64,000 bases of DNA from Haplodiscus bocki (taxonomy: Eukaryota): assembly GCA_965655095.1 (NCBI GenBank), contig OZ296651.1, positions 84,196,001 to 84,260,000 on the forward strand, given 5' to 3'. The notes under the pieces are model-generated. The model had not been told where the DNA came from, ran no database searches, and was given only the letters and a program-made list of their open reading frames with translations. The number at the start of each line of letters is the position of its first letter. The stretch's first letter is position 1. Made by a program: the position numbers and the translations under genes. Below, piece after piece: positions 13,100 through 26,719 of the stretch.

Positions 13100-16000
13100 A
13101 GAAACTTGGTGTATTTACTTCTTCTATTGATAAGTTCGATTTCTAGTCAATTTATAGATCACGAATTTTTTGTCCTTGGAAAGTTTTCCCGGGGGCAATG
13201 ACCCTTTTCCCTTTATCTTGGTACCAAATTAGAAGACATTTTTTTTAAATTTCATTTTTGTTTTCCAGCCAATGATTTTTGGGAACTTAGCCATACTTAG
13301 AAAAGATGTAGTTTCGTATATTCGAAAAATTATGAGCAATTTCAAGAATGCCTCAAAGAAACAATTGTCGATTGTGCTCTACTTTCAAGTATGGATTTCT
13401 CATTGACTACCAGTTCGATTTTTTTCATGGAAAACGATGGTTTAGAAACCATCTTTTGAAACAACTTTTAGTGTTTCTTTCGCAATCGGACAAAATTTTC
13501 GGAAAAGAATTATCAACATCAATATATCCTTCTGTGGTTTAATTTGTCTCCAACACGGACTCAAATTAACCAGTCACGTGCGACCGAACATCATTTCATT
13601 TCATTTTTGACGGCAAAAAGTTGCCCGTTTCCAGTTTGTCGTCTTGTAATGATTCAGCGGAGTGTCTTCATGATTTCGGAGTTGCACATATTTTGTAATA
13701 CGTTTTTGAGTCTTGAAAGGACTTACATCTGCTGATGGCTCATTACACTGTGGAGATCATCTATCGAACGCTTTTTGCAAAATCCGCGGTTGAATACAAA
13801 ATTGTCTAATCTGGGCATTCTGTTGAAGGAAAGTTTGGAAGAGATCGATTGAGGGTGTTGAAAAACGCGAGCAGTCGGCCAGTGCCAGCTCAGAGACAAA
13901 CGTTCGATTCTGACACAGATGGGTATGCCGGAGGACCTCTTTTGGCACGTTCGAAATATTCCTCAGGCAGACATTTGCGCCGTCTAAGTGAAGAAAAATC
14001 TGGCAGCGATGCTGACTCCAAAAAGTCGGCCAAGTGAGTCACTTCCACATTTTTGAACCCTAGGTTACTTTTACGCGGTTAACAAGTGTATAAGTAGATT
14101 ATTGAACCATACGCTTACTTGATTTGCTTTGGATCTCTTCGTAAATTTGAAAACTCGGAAGTTCCGAAGGTAACTTATGGTATCATGTTTTCTTACACTT
14201 GCGCTGGAAGCGGAGCGAGCGGATCAATTGTATTACGGTCGACGAGGCAGTTTTTACTGTTTTCTCTCTTGTCGTTAAAAACTTTTTCTGACGTAATCCG
14301 TGATTTAGTTCAAGTTCTTTCGCCTTCGCTTTCAAATTTGTTCACGTGACCTATGTTTTGGGTAACTGCATGTTCAATTAAGGCCATCCGGCACTCCATC
14401 AAAATGTAGCAATATGCAGAACCTTTTGAAGAAGCAAAAATATCCTCTCCCAAGCTTTTCAAGCGAATTATCTTGACTTGTAGTATGAAATTTTAAAAAG
14501 AACCTCATGTCTTCTCTCAAAGTTGATTTCTTTCAGGCAACCAGTCGGGTTGAGGTCATTCGGGAATCAATGAAATTCCACCAGCTGGAGAACTTGCGAC
14601 GAAAAGTTTTGGTCCCGTTCATACATTTGATACTTTTTTCAGAAATGAAATGTTTTGACTGGTAATTTCTGACGCGGAAAGTATTTAATTGCTTCTTTTT
14701 TTTTCAGAGCTGTTTTTCTCGAAGACTTGCTGGATTTCGGCTAGCCAATGCTCCTTCAAAACTGCCTAGTATAGAGAACCTGTGGAGTACCGGGGAATTT
14801 CTGTTTTTTCTTGCTCTGCAAACTTTCTTCACTAATGTCGAAGCTCGAACATTTTTCAATTTCTGTTCATCATAGAAATACTTCTCATAATTGGCAGTTG
14901 TCGAAATGCGTCCATTCTCGGCTCAATCGATTGTTTGCTGTCTCAAGCTTGTGTTGATTATAGAGAATGATCTCTGTGAACTTTACTTGAGAGAAATCGA
15001 AAAATAGATCATTCTGTGACGTCGACGTAAATGTTGATCACCGCTTGTGCCATTTTGTCCATGCAATGTAACATCCTTTGCATGCTCCTTGGGAGATCTG
15101 CGAGGTTACTGAGGCAGTTGGTTTCGCAGTTTTTCTGCCTAAAATCTGTATTTTCAAATGAATGTTGGAATTTTATAGTGCGTCTTACTTGGAAAGATTG
15201 GTGACTTTTTTCAGACTGCTGCAATCCAGCGCTCAGTCGACTACCAGTCGCCTTTGGAAAGCTGGGATATCGGAGAATGTTCGCCCTGAATAAATCTTTT
15301 TCCCGCGGTAGAAACTCGCATTTCTCTGTGCTCTTCACACAGCTGTGGTAGACTAGTTAGTTCATGCAGTCCTTTGTTTTTTCAGTTCACAACGCTGTTT
15401 TTTGAGGAGCTTTCGATTCAATTCGTTCTTTTTGAATGCGACATGAGCATGATTTTAAATTTAATCAATAGCTTATGCTCTCCTCAGTGATGGTGTAGTG
15501 TAAAGAGTGTGCAACAGTTGCGAGATATTTCTGAACCCTCTTCTCTGCCGACTATCAGTTGGATTAGAAGCGTGCTGTTTTAGGTTTTTCTGAAATTTTG
15601 GGAAACCGCACTCTTGTTTAACGACTGGGACTGCTTTTTTGCTGAATTTTGGCGAAGTTTCTTATCTTGAGTTTTTTATTGCGTTAATCGTTAAAAATGT
15701 TGTCCTCAATGTCGTGTTCAAGTGGGGATCATCTCGATCCGATTGAACTACTCATGGCCTGAAGGATCTAAGGAGTCACTCTAAAACTTTGTTTTTTGGT
15801 TTATTGCGACGAATCTTGACTTTTATTTGAAAGAGCAGAGGTGCTTTCCGTCACGGTGTTCTTTAAAAAATCTTTGACTCGTGGTTTGATTGGGTTTGTC
15901 TACGGTTGGCTCGGTTACTTGCTGACTTGAATTTCTGAAGAGTAGTCCGAATACTTTGTTTCCAACTTTTCTGGTAAACTATGACTTCTATTCAAAAAAT

Positions 16001-18600
16001 CGACAGTGTTCATTTTTCGTTCTCCGTACAAACTTTTTGTCTTAATGAGTACTGATTGATTTTGTTTTGTCCAGTTCTGAATCAGCTACTAACCAAAAAC
16101 TGGGAGTGTTTTTTTAAACTTTTATCGCAAAATATTTTAACTTTTCTACAGAATGTTCGGTATTGTTTTTTCTCCCTTTTTTATTTAAAACTTTTTTTCA
16201 GTACTTTTCAGTCACATTGGTACCATCTACCGCTGATTCGAGTGGTCGGCTTCTGAAGTTTCGGGGGAGCAGGAAGGTAGGAGCTTTTCGACCATTTCTT
16301 GTGACATATCCTAACTTGTATTCGAAAAATCAAAGATGTTCTTACACGCAAATCATTGAAATCCTTCTTTCTCCCTGATCAGTATGGTGCCTCCGGGTCT
16401 ATCCTTTGCTGATTGAACTACTAGGTGTCTAGCTTTCTAAAATTCACTGTGCTTGTGTTCTTCACTTTTCTGTTGCTAAATTTCTCCGGTTCTGTTCAAA
16501 AAATCGACGATTTTACTCACGATGCCCGTTTAAACCTTATGAAATTTTAAAATTCAAGGGCTTGTCCTACGACCTTTTTCATTACGATGTACGTTAAATG
16601 CTTTCAATTAAACTTTCTTTCCGATTGCGTGCTTCTTTGACTCTCTAAGTTTCTTTGCTCAGAATTTCGACAATTTAGCAGAATTGTTTGTTTCCACAAT
16701 TTGTTGCTGAATATCTGAGCGTGCAAGAGGAATTTCTCAGAATTTGTGTCTTTTTGTCCGAATCCGTGCATTAGAGGTGACGTCAACTATTCGATGCTTA
16801 GAGGCTCTACCAAGTTGCAGGGATAATCGGCTCCACCCTTGTAGGAGTTGTGGACTTTTAGAGAGGTGTTGACTTATGGGCTGAGAATGAGGTTTTCTGT
16901 TGTCCTTTCATGCTTCTGTGGCGCCGAAGGATTGTTTTTTGCACAATACCCCAATGGAAAGTATTGCTTTTGGTCTTCTGCTTTTTCCATTGGAATTTTT
17001 CCCTCAGTTCCGCAACGTGAACGAGTTTAGAATGAAGTGTACATTCGTCGATGTGGAGTACAATTGACGCTGTTTTCGACCTTCCCGCAAATCTTTGCGA
17101 AGGAGAGTTTTGACTCAGTGCTACACTTGCGACTAGCAGATTTTTTCGGAATTGGATTGTCAATCATTTTCTCCGATCCGTTGAAAACTCGCATCGGCTT
17201 TTCAGCTGTTAACCTAAATGGTAGTTGAAATTTGGCCAGAATTTGAGTTCGCTTGCTTGCTCAGCTGGCTTTGCTTTGGAACTGCGGCGTATAAATTGTC
17301 AATATGTAAAGAAACCACTCAGCAGAGAACTCTCTAATGTGTATTGGGAATCTGCAGACGACTAGAGATGTCCCATTTAGTATTTTCCTACTGATTTCTT
17401 CACTTGTGTTTTGATTTTCGAGATCTTTTCGAATACTGGCCCCATTGACGTAACTCTGTGCTCTTAGAATCTATTCGAAATCTTGGAACATTGCAATTAT
17501 AAAGTACCAGGAATGGTCGATTTCAAACTTTTCGAGCGCTTTATTTTCACTTGTTGTTCAAAATTGGAAGTTATTTTACATCCGGCCTTTTCCCTACTTG
17601 ATTTTCTTGGAGCCTCCTTGAATTGCTGTCCATCGGTGAGCATTCAAACGTCCGTATTGTGGAGAATATCTAGGAAAGCAGTGACGTTTTTTTCGTACTG
17701 CTCAACTTGTAATTTCAAATTGGAAATTATTTCACCCGCGTCATTTTGCAATTTTGATTTCCTCAATGACTCATCGTTGAAATGCGGCCATCCAATGCTC
17801 ATTCAAACTCTGAATGCGAAGAATCCGCGAGGAAGCTGGGATGTTCAGTTTGGTACGCTTTTATACTTAGGCTTGATACATTTTGACTTGTTCTTCGTGA
17901 ATCGGAGAATTATTATTCACACTTTTCTCGAAGTCGTTTTCCATAGAGTGTACAGGTTGCATAGGCGTTGGCTGTTGAGTGGTCCCTCAAATGCCTACAT
18001 TGTGGGGTGTCTTTGAAGAAGCTGGGATATAGCGTGGCGCACCTTTCACTTAATATTTTTCGACCAGATTTTTGATTTTCGAAATTTTTTAACCCATCTT
18101 AAAATTGTTTTTCCTGAAGACTGCAGCTTGGGTTGCGTCTGCTCAGTGCTCTTTCAAAGTTCCTCAATATGGGGGATTTGGGAAGTACCAGCGACCCACC
18201 GCTTCTTTTCTACGTCGCAAAGTATCTTGACTTGCATTTTCAGAATGGGAAAGTTTCTGCGATTGTTTGGACTGCGGTCATCCGGTGCGCATTCCAAAAT
18301 CCAGATTGTGTAGATTCTGCGGAGACTGTGTAATGACGCACTTTGTTTACCTTCCCGACAGTATTTTTGGACTGTCTTTTATAATTCGAAAATTTTTTGT
18401 TCGCGTGTTTTTTTGACGAACACTGCCGGTCGTTTTGCGGCCATCCGTTATTCATTCGTGAGCTCGCAACAATGTGTACAGTTTTCGAAGCAGAAGGTAT
18501 TTCCCTTCCATAGCTTTGATAATTTTATCAGTGATCTTTTTTGACTTGTTATTCACTTCGATTATTTTTCTCTTGCATTTTTTTCGAAGTTGTTTTTCAA
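13100..18600 (-). mobile_element. BEL/Pao LTR retrotransposon remnant (gag-RT-integrase order), heavily mutated, intronic
   Basis: Minus strand: gag-like stretch near 18330; RT-like AQAVINIYVD at ~15030; integrase-like PLAPLP...AYGSIIYLYTC...DFSSLRRR at ~14220-13980 (MAPLP...YG.IFTC...F.SRRG). Domain order fits BEL/Pao. Confidence 0.55.
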
Positions 18601-18767
18601 GGACAATTTTGGTTGGAATACAACCATCCACTGCTTATTTTGAGTCCTGATAAGTAGAATTACTTTTTAACGATTGTAACGTTTTTTGTGAAGTTTTTTC
18701 AACTGAAGCTTGAAGTCATTGTTAAAAGATGTTTTCTTCATTGGCATTAATTTTTTTTGTTCTAGAG

Positions 18768-18877
18768 GCAGCAAGAGTGCTGATATCGATGCAATGGAAC
18801 GCAAACTTCTGAGGTCTGAAGATAAAATTGAGGCCATGAAACATGAACTGACTGCTTTGCAACTCGAAAAATATGAG
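18768..18877 (+). CDS. MIPOL1: Coding exon, MIPOL1-like coiled coil
   Basis: Polypyrimidine tract plus tctagag acceptor (exon start 18766 or 18768), gtaaac donor; SKSADIDAMERKLLRSEDKIEAMKHELTALQLEKYE; phase 0 into 19914. Confidence 0.75.
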
Positions 18878-19913
18878 GTAAACTTTTTAAAATGAGCCGA
18901 ATTATCAGAAAATTCGGACCTTTATTACAATCAGTTCCATGAAGTTAAATTCCGCCGGTGTACTAATTTTTCGTCGATAGATTCAAGCGTTTTTAGCCGT
19001 TAAGCCAAATTAAGAATTTTGGACTGCATCTATTTGATCGCCTTCTTTACTAAGAGTTAGTAAAAGGTTTTTATTCGAGAGTATACTGTATGGATTGGTC
19101 AAGAACTTGATGCTTTCTAGACCAAAATCATAGTCTTTTGGTGATGGTTAAGTAGAAAATAAGAATGCAGGAAATCCTCGTTGAAATTTTCACAGAGTCG
19201 TTCTGCCTGTTACGAAAGCGTACGTTTGAATGAAGCATTTTAAACAGAATAAATTGGTAGTTTCAATCATCAAATTGTTTGTCTTCAGCCGCAGTACGGT
19301 AAATTTTGCGTCTCTGACGAAATGTTCAAAAGCTGTATCATCGGTATATACAGAATGATCAAACTTTCAACGTGGTGTTGGTAAAAACAATGCGTGTGTG
19401 TTTGCACAACACTTTACGTAGTTTTTCAGTTTGCATATATTCAAATGGTATGAACTATTATGTTCTTTTCAGCTGGCTGGTCTGCTCTCCGAGTTATCTG
19501 AGCTTGAGGTATGTGATAATCTCCTTCCAGTAGTTGCTTGTTCCCATTTTCGAAACCAAAAGTTGCCTCATCAGTTGATGGTGATTCAATGTCATTTTTT
19601 GTATGGAATAAAAATAGACGTTTTTGCCGTCATAAAATTTTGCCTATATAATTTTGGAATAATTCGTGGAATTCGAACGAAGGGGGTGATTGTCAACATC
19701 AAATTGTATTTAATAACTATTGTTATCATTTATCAGAGTAAGCGGAAAAACAAAGCAGTTGGGGGAAATTTGGTTTTGGTAAGTAGTGTATTTCTAGGGT
19801 AGCAAGGCTTTCTTTTGTGTTCATATCTTGGTTTTGGGTTTATTTCTTCGCTAAGAATAACATCCTTTTTATCTGCCTTAGTATTGAGTTTTTAATAGCA
19901 TTGAATGATTTAG

Positions 19914-20019
19914 CTTGAGGGTAAATTTCGAGACGCGAATGCAGACTTGAAGAACTTGAGACTGATGCAAGAATTGAAGGACGAAGAAATTGATTCGAAA
20001 GTCGCGGCACGTGTCGCTG
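19914..20019 (+). CDS. MIPOL1: Coding exon, MIPOL1-like
   Basis: LEGKFRDANADLKNLRLMQELKDEEIDSKVAARVA resembles recalled vertebrate MIPOL1 (QRKLKFKLELQEKETEAKIAEKTA); atttag and gtaagt boundaries; phase 1 into 25521. Confidence 0.85.
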
Positions 20020-20249
20020 GTAAGTTGCTCCATTTCTGTGCCGAAGTGGAATTATTGGTTAATATCCATAACATTAGCCAATTTGAATTTCATTTTGATA
20101 CCTTGGGCCATGTTTATAGTGCTCGTTTCCTGAAAAATCAAGTAGTGGACGTTTATCGGCACCACTGACCATAATTCGTTTGCAGTTACAGCGAAGTTGA
20201 ATGTGCATCTATGTTTTTCCAAAATAATTACAACGTAAAATCCATACAG

Positions 20250-22900
20250 GTGGCTTTACTCTAAGGAAGCCAAATTACTCGAGGAAGCGAAAAGACATTT
20301 GACACTAAAGAGAACTCGTGACTTGCAACTCGTCAAAAATGCCAAGGCGATAAAGGTATTCCCACCCAGCCGAAACAGCTCTTCGTCGAGAATAAAAACA
20401 TGATGTCATACTGCCGAAAATTGTATAATTGTCATAAATTTGCGTGCACACCGTCCATCAAGTTAGGAAATTGAGTTAGAAATATAGACCAGCCGGAAAG
20501 GCTCAAGATGGCGTCGCCCGTAAGGCTCGGTATATTTTAAGGTGGTATCCTTCGGCGTTGTTGAAAATTTTTGGTAGATCTATGTAAGGGCATCATGAAA
20601 AAAAATCATCATGGAATGGACTTTTGATTTTCTGGCTGTACCCGCCGACCTGCGTGAACATGCGTTCGATTTCAACTGAACGTCCGAAGAGTTGTTCAGG
20701 GAATCGAAACAGTTCTTGCTTTACGACTGGGACTCAATCAGGACCAGGTGAAGAAGTTTATTGAGTGAGAGAGCATGAAACTTCGCAGCTCCATTAAACT
20801 ATCGATGGATTTTACGTGGTTTGTTCCGGTTTATTACGGCATAATCCGCAACGTATCATTCTCGGTCCGGTCTCAGAACCGTGTGGCAGAACTTGCATTA
20901 TGTACACCTTATCGAGATCATGTTGAATTGACTGCGGTGTTTTTTTCAGTTCAAGGTAATTGTTGAGCTTTATCTCTAATGACTTTAATGGTACTAAAGC
21001 CGAAAGGTAGTTGTTGGGAAGTTTACAGTTTTTCAGACCATAACATTCTCATGTGGTATAGACCAGTATCATGGAAAGCTGTATTCTCAAGTATTCGGAC
21101 AGCTCCTTAGTCGGCTTGCGAATGGGAGCCTACTGACTTCTAAGCGGCGAAAGAATCAAAATCGTACCGACCTCTGACTTGATCCCTTAAAATTGTTTTT
21201 ACATTGCCTTAAAAGCAGGTAGAAGTCAGATCTTAATTGCGCGGTAAGTGGTCTTTCAACGCCCTTCGTGAAGAAATTCGGACGGCGATATGAGCATATT
21301 TTGGGTCGACCTCAAAACACTCCTGAGGTCAGATGCATTGAAAGGCGTCTTTTGTCCAATTAGCATCTGTACTTCTGTGTAGCTGCAAAGGAACGCCTCC
21401 AACTTTTGGTGGTGCTGATACTTTTCTTGTCCCAGATACAAGACATTCTTCAGATACAGATCGATGACCAAACATTTCTCAGCAAGTTGGCATCTCAAAA
21501 TACTCGAACTAAACGAGAATTCAGAGCTTGCTGAAAATTGATCCCAGTTACAGTTGTCAGAAAAGGAATAAGCTAACTTCAACTGTCGGCGAGCTTAATT
21601 GAGTGACGGACTTTACACCAAGTGACCCAACACCCAAGTATGGTCAATCTTTTGGTTCGTTTCAAGTTGAACCCGATTCACTTGCAATAACCCTTTAACA
21701 TGAGTAACTAATGCGAAATTTACCGTTGGGCTTCTGTTCGTCTTGCTCACCGTGCTTGTCTCTATGGTTACGGAATAAATAGTTTTGTGTGCGAGCTCTA
21801 ACTGATTGCGACTGTATTCGTTCATGCGCACCTGTTCTATCTTGTGAACCTGCAGTTGAAGTAGGCAGCGTACGTCAGAGTCAATGTTTTTCACTCCTCC
21901 TCTAGATTGGGTGGAAGCTTGTTGATTACCTGATTAAGCTTCTTGCACTAGAGATTGAAAGGCTCCAATCAAGCTCGAATTTGAGACTGAAATGTTCATG
22001 ATGTGTTCCGAATTATTTATCTTCAAAACTGCGTTGTCGCTGAGTTTGTACAAATGCGCGCAGACAACCGATTGAGGCTGTCAGAACTTCCTTTCTAGCA
22101 CGTTAAGTGCGTCTTGATGCATCGCACCACAGCCAGCGAAGTGAAATAACTGCTTGTTTTCCCAATTACGAGTGCCAACTGGATTAGCTTCAGATCCGCG
22201 GTCAGCCGCCTGGAACGGATTGCGCTTTTGAATTGTCCGAGCCACTCATGCCACGGAATTTGATCTGCTTTGTGCGGGGAAAGTTTCCTCTCTGATTGAT
22301 CTTCACGATTCAAATCTTCAACTATTTTACCTATAGTTGCCGGGTGGATTTTGCTGGTGCTTGGCCGCAGTTTGGTTTGTGGACAAGAAAAACCTGCAAT
22401 GGATGTGGCTTGAGAGGAGGTTGCGGCTTTTGCTTGCGGAGGTGGCCAATTGGTGTTATGATATTGGCTACTGTTACAGTTGGTGTTGCATGCAAACGCA
22501 ATTCACTCGTTCGCTCTATCATACATTGTACCCTTTTTAAGGTGTATATACTGCCACCTAATGTAACTAGTTATTTTGTAGCTGGGTTAAATTGTCTCAG
22601 AACAGGAACTGACAGAAGTTTTGTTTGCATTTAGTTGGTTGGATTAAGTGTTCATCTAATGTTGTTTGGATTTTCAGCAGCTGGCAAATTTGGATGAGCA
22701 GTCTGAAGGTGTCTTTGTTGTTTTGCCTCATTCCCATTCCGTGGAACCACGTCGTATTTAAGTTGCACGTGAACTTCTATCGCTGGAGCAATTCGACCAA
22801 TTCTAACAGGTTGAACATTTTGAACAATGTTTTTTTGTTAGAGCACCTGATTCTCCAACCATGATTATCGTTAACATTGTCAACAATACGCGTGACTTCT
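20250..22900 (-). mobile_element. BEL/Pao LTR retrotransposon remnant (gag DUF1759-like, protease, RT)
   Basis: Gag: PWHEWLGQFKSAI...ALNVLERKF*QPQSVVCAHLYKL (~22250-22040). Protease-region QEKYQH...SYTEVQMLIGQ (21256-21582). RT: VINRNKPRKIHR*FNGAAKFHALSLNK then PGPD...LFRF...EIERMFTQV (~20850-20650). Confidence 0.85.
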
Positions 22901-23899
22901 CAGCAGTCGCCTCTCAATCGATGTGTATGGTTATTGAATGGTAGCATCGTCTCAAAATAGTAACGACAAATTTTGCAGAATATGCCCGGTTCGAGAATCA
23001 TCGTCTTCGTTCACAATGTCCCGACTGATAACTCTATAAATCTCGCTGACATGGACCACGCTGATAAACTCGATTTTTGCAATCATGCACGGATGCTTCC
23101 CCTTTTACTTCTTCTGACACAGAAGAAACCCAATTAGTTGTAGACAAAGGCATTGGGTGCAAAAACAAGGGTCGGTTTGGAAGGTTGAAGTGAAATTATT
23201 TTCAAGGGAATTCCATCACTAAGAATAGGCTGCAATTTCCAATCTGTCTGTAACTACTTCGAGGTGAGGCGCCGCGCTAAAATTGGGATTTGTTCGATTG
23301 TTACCAAGACGAGTTTGAATATATAGCTTTTTACATCAACAGTTGCACCGATAGTTAGTTTTCTATCAGCAATTGAACGTGCTGTCTTCGGCGCTGAATC
23401 TGCATCTACGGGAAAGCAATCTTGGATCTCAATTTCTGCAATGGTGATTAGCCGATCGTAATTGGTTTCTGGCGTCCTTCTTTTAGCTTTTACAGCTGGA
23501 TGTCGAATTGTCTGTAGGGGCCGGTCACACTTTTAAAGAACCGAAACAACTCATATACCTCTCCTCACTGTTGGGTATTAAATTGTGAGCAGTTATTTGG
23601 GGCCGTATCCACGAAAGCGGTCTCTTCTACAACAAACTTCCCCTGCATCATTTTCTTTCACGCGATTTAGAGTAAGATTTTTCCAAGGTGCTAGCGACGC
23701 AAAACTATCTGTTGTCTAAAAATGATACAAATCGAATGAAATTAAATATGATCAAATTCAACTTTTCTCAATATTGACATTAGTGTGAAAACCGTTTACG
23801 TAGATCATAAGGTTGATATTGTAGTTCTTACTGTTTTTGGGAAGAAGTATACTGAAATTGTTTTTTAGGCAATGCACTTATGGCAACGAATCCAACTCA

Positions 23900-24860
23900 A
23901 GTAAAAATTGCTGATTTTTGATAATTTTCTTTTTTTCCACAAATCCATGCTCAGAGTACTTTTTGCGCTCCAGAGTCGGTCTCCTGCATTGGCGTTCGAT
24001 TTTCCACACACTTGCCTTTCTTTCGCTCTCAATATGAGCCTTTTGGCTTCATCTGTATTAAGTAGGATTCCAACGCAAGTGCTACCGCAACAAGTTCTTG
24101 AAGCCTAATTACTGTACGGTAATATACTCTCTGAGCCATTTAGTTCTTAAATAAAAACCTCAGATATATAAAAAAGTATTTTTATGGAAGCTCTCACGCC
24201 TTTTCGGTGTCTAGAAAATTTTGCATCCTTCAGAAAAATCACAGAATTTGTTTTTTTCGGCAGTCTGGTGGGTTTCAAGTTTTCTTTACTGAGGTGGAAT
24301 GCCGTTTCGATAATCTCGGTCGTTTTGGTATTGGTTTCGACGGCTTTTCGCATTGTTTATTCCAAATTGTGCTGTTCCAAATTTTAGAAAACGGCAACTT
24401 TTATTTCGCCAGCTTTGCAAATGTCTGCTTCGCCCTGTGTTACACTTGGGCAAGCAAGTGCTTTGTCACAGGCTTATGTTTTATTTGTTCTTCCACAGTG
24501 GAAAGAAATTCTTGGGCCCTTTTTTCCATCGTGCACGCTGGTTGCAAGTATGGAAGATATATTTGCTATACCCCTGCGTACTTGTTACACTTGTATATAA
24601 GTTTAGAAGAATTCACTGATTTATTACATTCGTTTAATTGTTCAAGCAGTAGTATCGTGGCCCCTTCAGAGATTATTTTCTCAGATTTGATCACTAGTTT
24701 TCCGTTGGCGCTTCGTCTCTGTGTCAAATTATTTGTAGTGTACACTACTCTTCTCGACAACTTATTCGCTTTCATTTTTGATTGCTCAACCGTCTTCTTT
24801 TCGACTAGATGTTGCGACGAGTTTTCGTATACCCATTTATTGAACCTTGAATATTAAGTC
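23900..24860 (-). repeat. Copy of unclassified coding-derived interspersed family
   Basis: Colinear with 27900-28860 (e.g. GGAAGCT..CACGCCTTTTCGGTGTC, GCAAGCAAGTG); minus strand ACDKALACPSVTQGEADICKAGE...RKAVETNTKTTEIIET. Confidence 0.75.
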
Positions 24861-25128
24861 TAGTGAGAGTTTGTTTTCGGTCAAATAAATATTTTGGAAA
24901 AAGTGAACAAGCCGGAAATGCGCAGTCGTCGTCATCCGCAGGTCTCAAATCTCCGTTTTTGAAAAATTTTTGGGTGCTTCAACGGAATATCGCATTTTTT
25001 TTCTGGTCCTTTCGTAATTAACTTCGGCAGTTGCATAGGGAATATTACGAAAAATTTGAAGCGATAGGTCCAGTTTTCCGAAAATGAGAAGGTACTTCAT
25101 CTTTGTCGAGAGAAAGTTGTGATAGGGT

Positions 25129-25182
25129 TATGCTGAGATTCGAACTGCAAACTCTGGATTCGTAACCCTTGCGTATCGTCCT
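25129..25182 (-). repeat. tRNA-derived (SINE-like) fragment
   Basis: Revcomp GGACGATACGCAAGGGTTACGAATCCAGAGTTTGCAGTTCGAATCTCAGCATA has a B-box-like GTTCGAATC and aligns with the tRNA-like segment in the 3.16-kb unit (53881-53930). Confidence 0.5.
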
Positions 25183-25520
25183 TCAGCAGTAAGTCTAAAA
25201 AAGCCAGTCTACTAATCCATTTTACTAAGCCATTTTATAAAATGCTGGCTGTAAAATTAGCGCTTAAACTGTTGCAACTTTGATACAAATACTTTTTAGC
25301 CAAATATATACACCATTTCAAATACATTCTAAGACTAAGAAGCCATGCGAAGTTTAAAACGCTATGTTCACGCTATGATAACGTAAATATATTTGCACAG
25401 AAACCTCAGTTGGCTAAACTTCATGTAGAGATGACAAAAGGACCGAAAAATTTGTGGGCGCAATCATGTGGTGTTTCCGGCCATTAGCATAAATTGATAA
25501 TCATGGTCCTAATGTTTCAG

Positions 25521-25650
25521 ATATAGTCGAAGAAATCCATGTTGGTCAAAAGAAAAGAGACGAGGCTTTGCTGAATCAGATGCGGGAAACGAGAAGTGAC
25601 CGTGAGAATTTACTTCAACAAATTCACGACCTTCAAAAGCAAACAGAATT
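25521..25650 (+). CDS. MIPOL1: Coding exon, MIPOL1-like conserved core
   Basis: (D)IVEEIHVGQKKRDEALLNQMRETRSDRENLLQQIHDLQKQTE versus MIPOL1 ALVEEVYFAQKERDEAVMSRLQ; tttcag and gtaaga boundaries; phases consistent on both sides. Confidence 0.88.
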
Positions 25651-25741
25651 GTAAGATGTCGCTATCATGCGGTTGCATCAATCAATTAAATCATCCTTTA
25701 TGTCGGATCATCAAAATCTTATCTCTTTTCTGTGTTTGTAG

Positions 25742-25799
25742 TTTGCGTAAGAGACCAGACGAAAGACTTGAAGGCCTGGTACACGATGACTCCGACCCA
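25742..25799 (+). CDS. MIPOL1: Coding exon, MIPOL1-like
   Basis: ttgtag and gtaagt boundaries; (F)LRKRPDERLEGLVHDDSDP; phase 2 in, phase 0 out, joins exon 32020. Confidence 0.8.
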
Positions 25800-26719
25800 G
25801 TAAGTTGAAAAAATTGCTCATTCAGACCTACCTTTTACATCCTAATACAATAGTCTTAAATTACCCACAATTATCATAGGCCTTACAATTGATGAAAGGG
25901 CAGCTTCAAGATGCTTTAACGAGATATCTGTTAAGTTTGAGTAGAGAATTTAAGTACCTCTGAAGTGGAACGTGTCTGAAAGTTTGGGGCCTAAAGTCGC
26001 ACAATTTATAAGTCAGCTGCCTACTGAAGTGGTTTGAGTTCAAGTGTGTAATACGAATTGTAACCTTGGAATCATGTATGCAAAAGATATTCAAATACCA
26101 AAACACTAAAAATTCATGCGTATTAGCTCGCCACGTATTAGGCGATATCTGTGAAATAAATCCTTACTGTTTTGATAGATCTTCAGTTATTCTGCAATGT
26201 GCATATCAACTCGGCACCTTTGGTATAGTCGTGCCCGACTATTAAACCTGTTTTTTTTTCGTATTATACTTAGCTCTTCAAATCGATCCACGTTTTGTAC
26301 ACAGTTTTCGCGAAGTGCTTAACTTTATTTCCTGAGGAGGCCCAAATTTCCCAAAACATCTCTTGGGAAGCTCTATGAATATTTCACCATTGCAAGGCCA
26401 TTTTTTACGGCAATTTCGATACCCTTCACCCCCTTTGCTGAACCATTTTTTTCGACAAGTAGAATTTTTCATAATAACAAAGGTTCCCATGGGAGCTTTC
26501 AAACCTTACGAGTGGCGCTGACTGGGATTTTGCGGGCTTGTCGGGGTGTGTTTTTTTCACCGGTAAGCCTTAAAGAATTCAATATGAGATCCTGTGATAA
26601 CAGAAACTAGATCTTGTGATAAAGTTTCCCAGCACCAGCTTATTGCGGTTAACACGTGTTTTTTTGTGTCGTTCACAACTCGCACAGGATCTTAATGGGA
26701 TGAATCTAGGAAAAGTCAT

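Noticed and set aside
17483-18016. 177-aa plus-strand ORF
   Set aside because: Antisense shadow of the minus-strand retroelement remnant; no domain features.
24207-24857. 216-aa plus-strand ORF, the longest in the track
   Set aside because: F/C/L-rich antisense shadow of the repeat family; not kept open in the 28-kb copy.
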